This document shows, one piece after another, positions 63,819 through 64,000 of a stretch of 64,000 nt of DNA; position 1 is the first letter of the stretch; each line of letters opens with the position of its first letter. A program made the position numbers and the translations under genes. The DNA lies in contig JAFEBQ010000031.1 of assembly GCA_018242585.1 (NCBI GenBank), positions 1,044-65,043 of the forward strand, read 5' to 3'. The notes under the pieces were generated by a model that made no database searches, was not told the origin of the DNA, and saw nothing but the letters and a program-made list of their open reading frames with translations. The stretch comes from Planctomycetota bacterium. GTDB lineage: Bacteria > Planctomycetota > Planctomycetia > Pirellulales > PNKZ01.

Positions 63819-64000
63819 TTACGTGCCGAACTCGGGCCGGCGGCGGCCGAGTTGCTGTTGTAAGCGCTGCACGATCGAGCTGTGCATCTGGCTGACGCGG
63901 CTTTCGGACAGATCGAGCGTCGCGCCGATCTCCTTCATCGTCAGCTCTTCATAATAGTACAGGATGATGATCAGGCGCTCGTTGCGATTGAGCCCCTTGG
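63819..64000 (-). CDS. Sigma-70-family sigma factor, FliA/WhiG-like region 4 (partial; 5' part lies beyond the window)
   Basis: The reverse-strand translation ends ...KGLNRNERLIIILYYYEELTMKEIGATLDLSESRVSQMHSSIVQRLQQQLGRRRPEFGT*. YYYEELTxKEIG...SESRVSQxH is the region 4.2 HTH typical of FliA-type sigma factors. It is not in the ORF track because it is truncated by the window edge. Confidence 0.7.
   Translation of the reverse strand, partial: KGLNRNERLIIILYYYEELTMKEIGATLDLSESRVSQMHSSIVQRLQQQLGRRRPEFGT

Overview
This is a high-G+C bacterial chromosome segment (G+C judged by eye, not computed). Its gene content suggests Planctomycetota, probably Pirellulales-like: several TAT-signal Gfo/Idh/MocA oxidoreductases, a DUF1501 protein, paralogous proteins with prepilin-type N-termini, and many long intergenic palindromes. 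That taxonomy is an inference. Most of the window is housekeeping: fabI, ribF, ppx/gppA-family, nnrD-like, mgtE, ltaE-like, hisD, pepT, panB, glycosyltransferases, a MATE pump, a Ser/Thr kinase and a partial FliA-type sigma factor at the right edge.

Accessory content stands out in seven places:
1. A PvuII-type M-C-R restriction-modification island (1-1925) whose endonuclease gene carries an in-frame TGA.
2. A 2.05-kb unit (14074-16122) bounded by a perfect 20-bp direct repeat. It carries a catalytic-domain-only tyrosine recombinase, a chain of overlapping small genes and a hairpin-dense non-coding module.
3. Two adjacent paralogous circularly-permuted-ATP-grasp / alpha-E / transglutaminase modules (23275-33080), one split and one fused.
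4. A second R-M pair (33251-36164), a DUF1156/Zn-ribbon methyltransferase plus a PD-(D/E)xK candidate, flanked by about 44-bp inverted copies of a CCCTCCCT hairpin repeat.
5. An overlapping two-gene cassette of unknown function (39508-40271).
6. At least three families of intergenic palindromic repeats.
7. Several Rho-independent terminators.

I saw no rRNA, tRNA or CRISPR array. All homology statements come from reading the translations against remembered family motifs. No database search was run.
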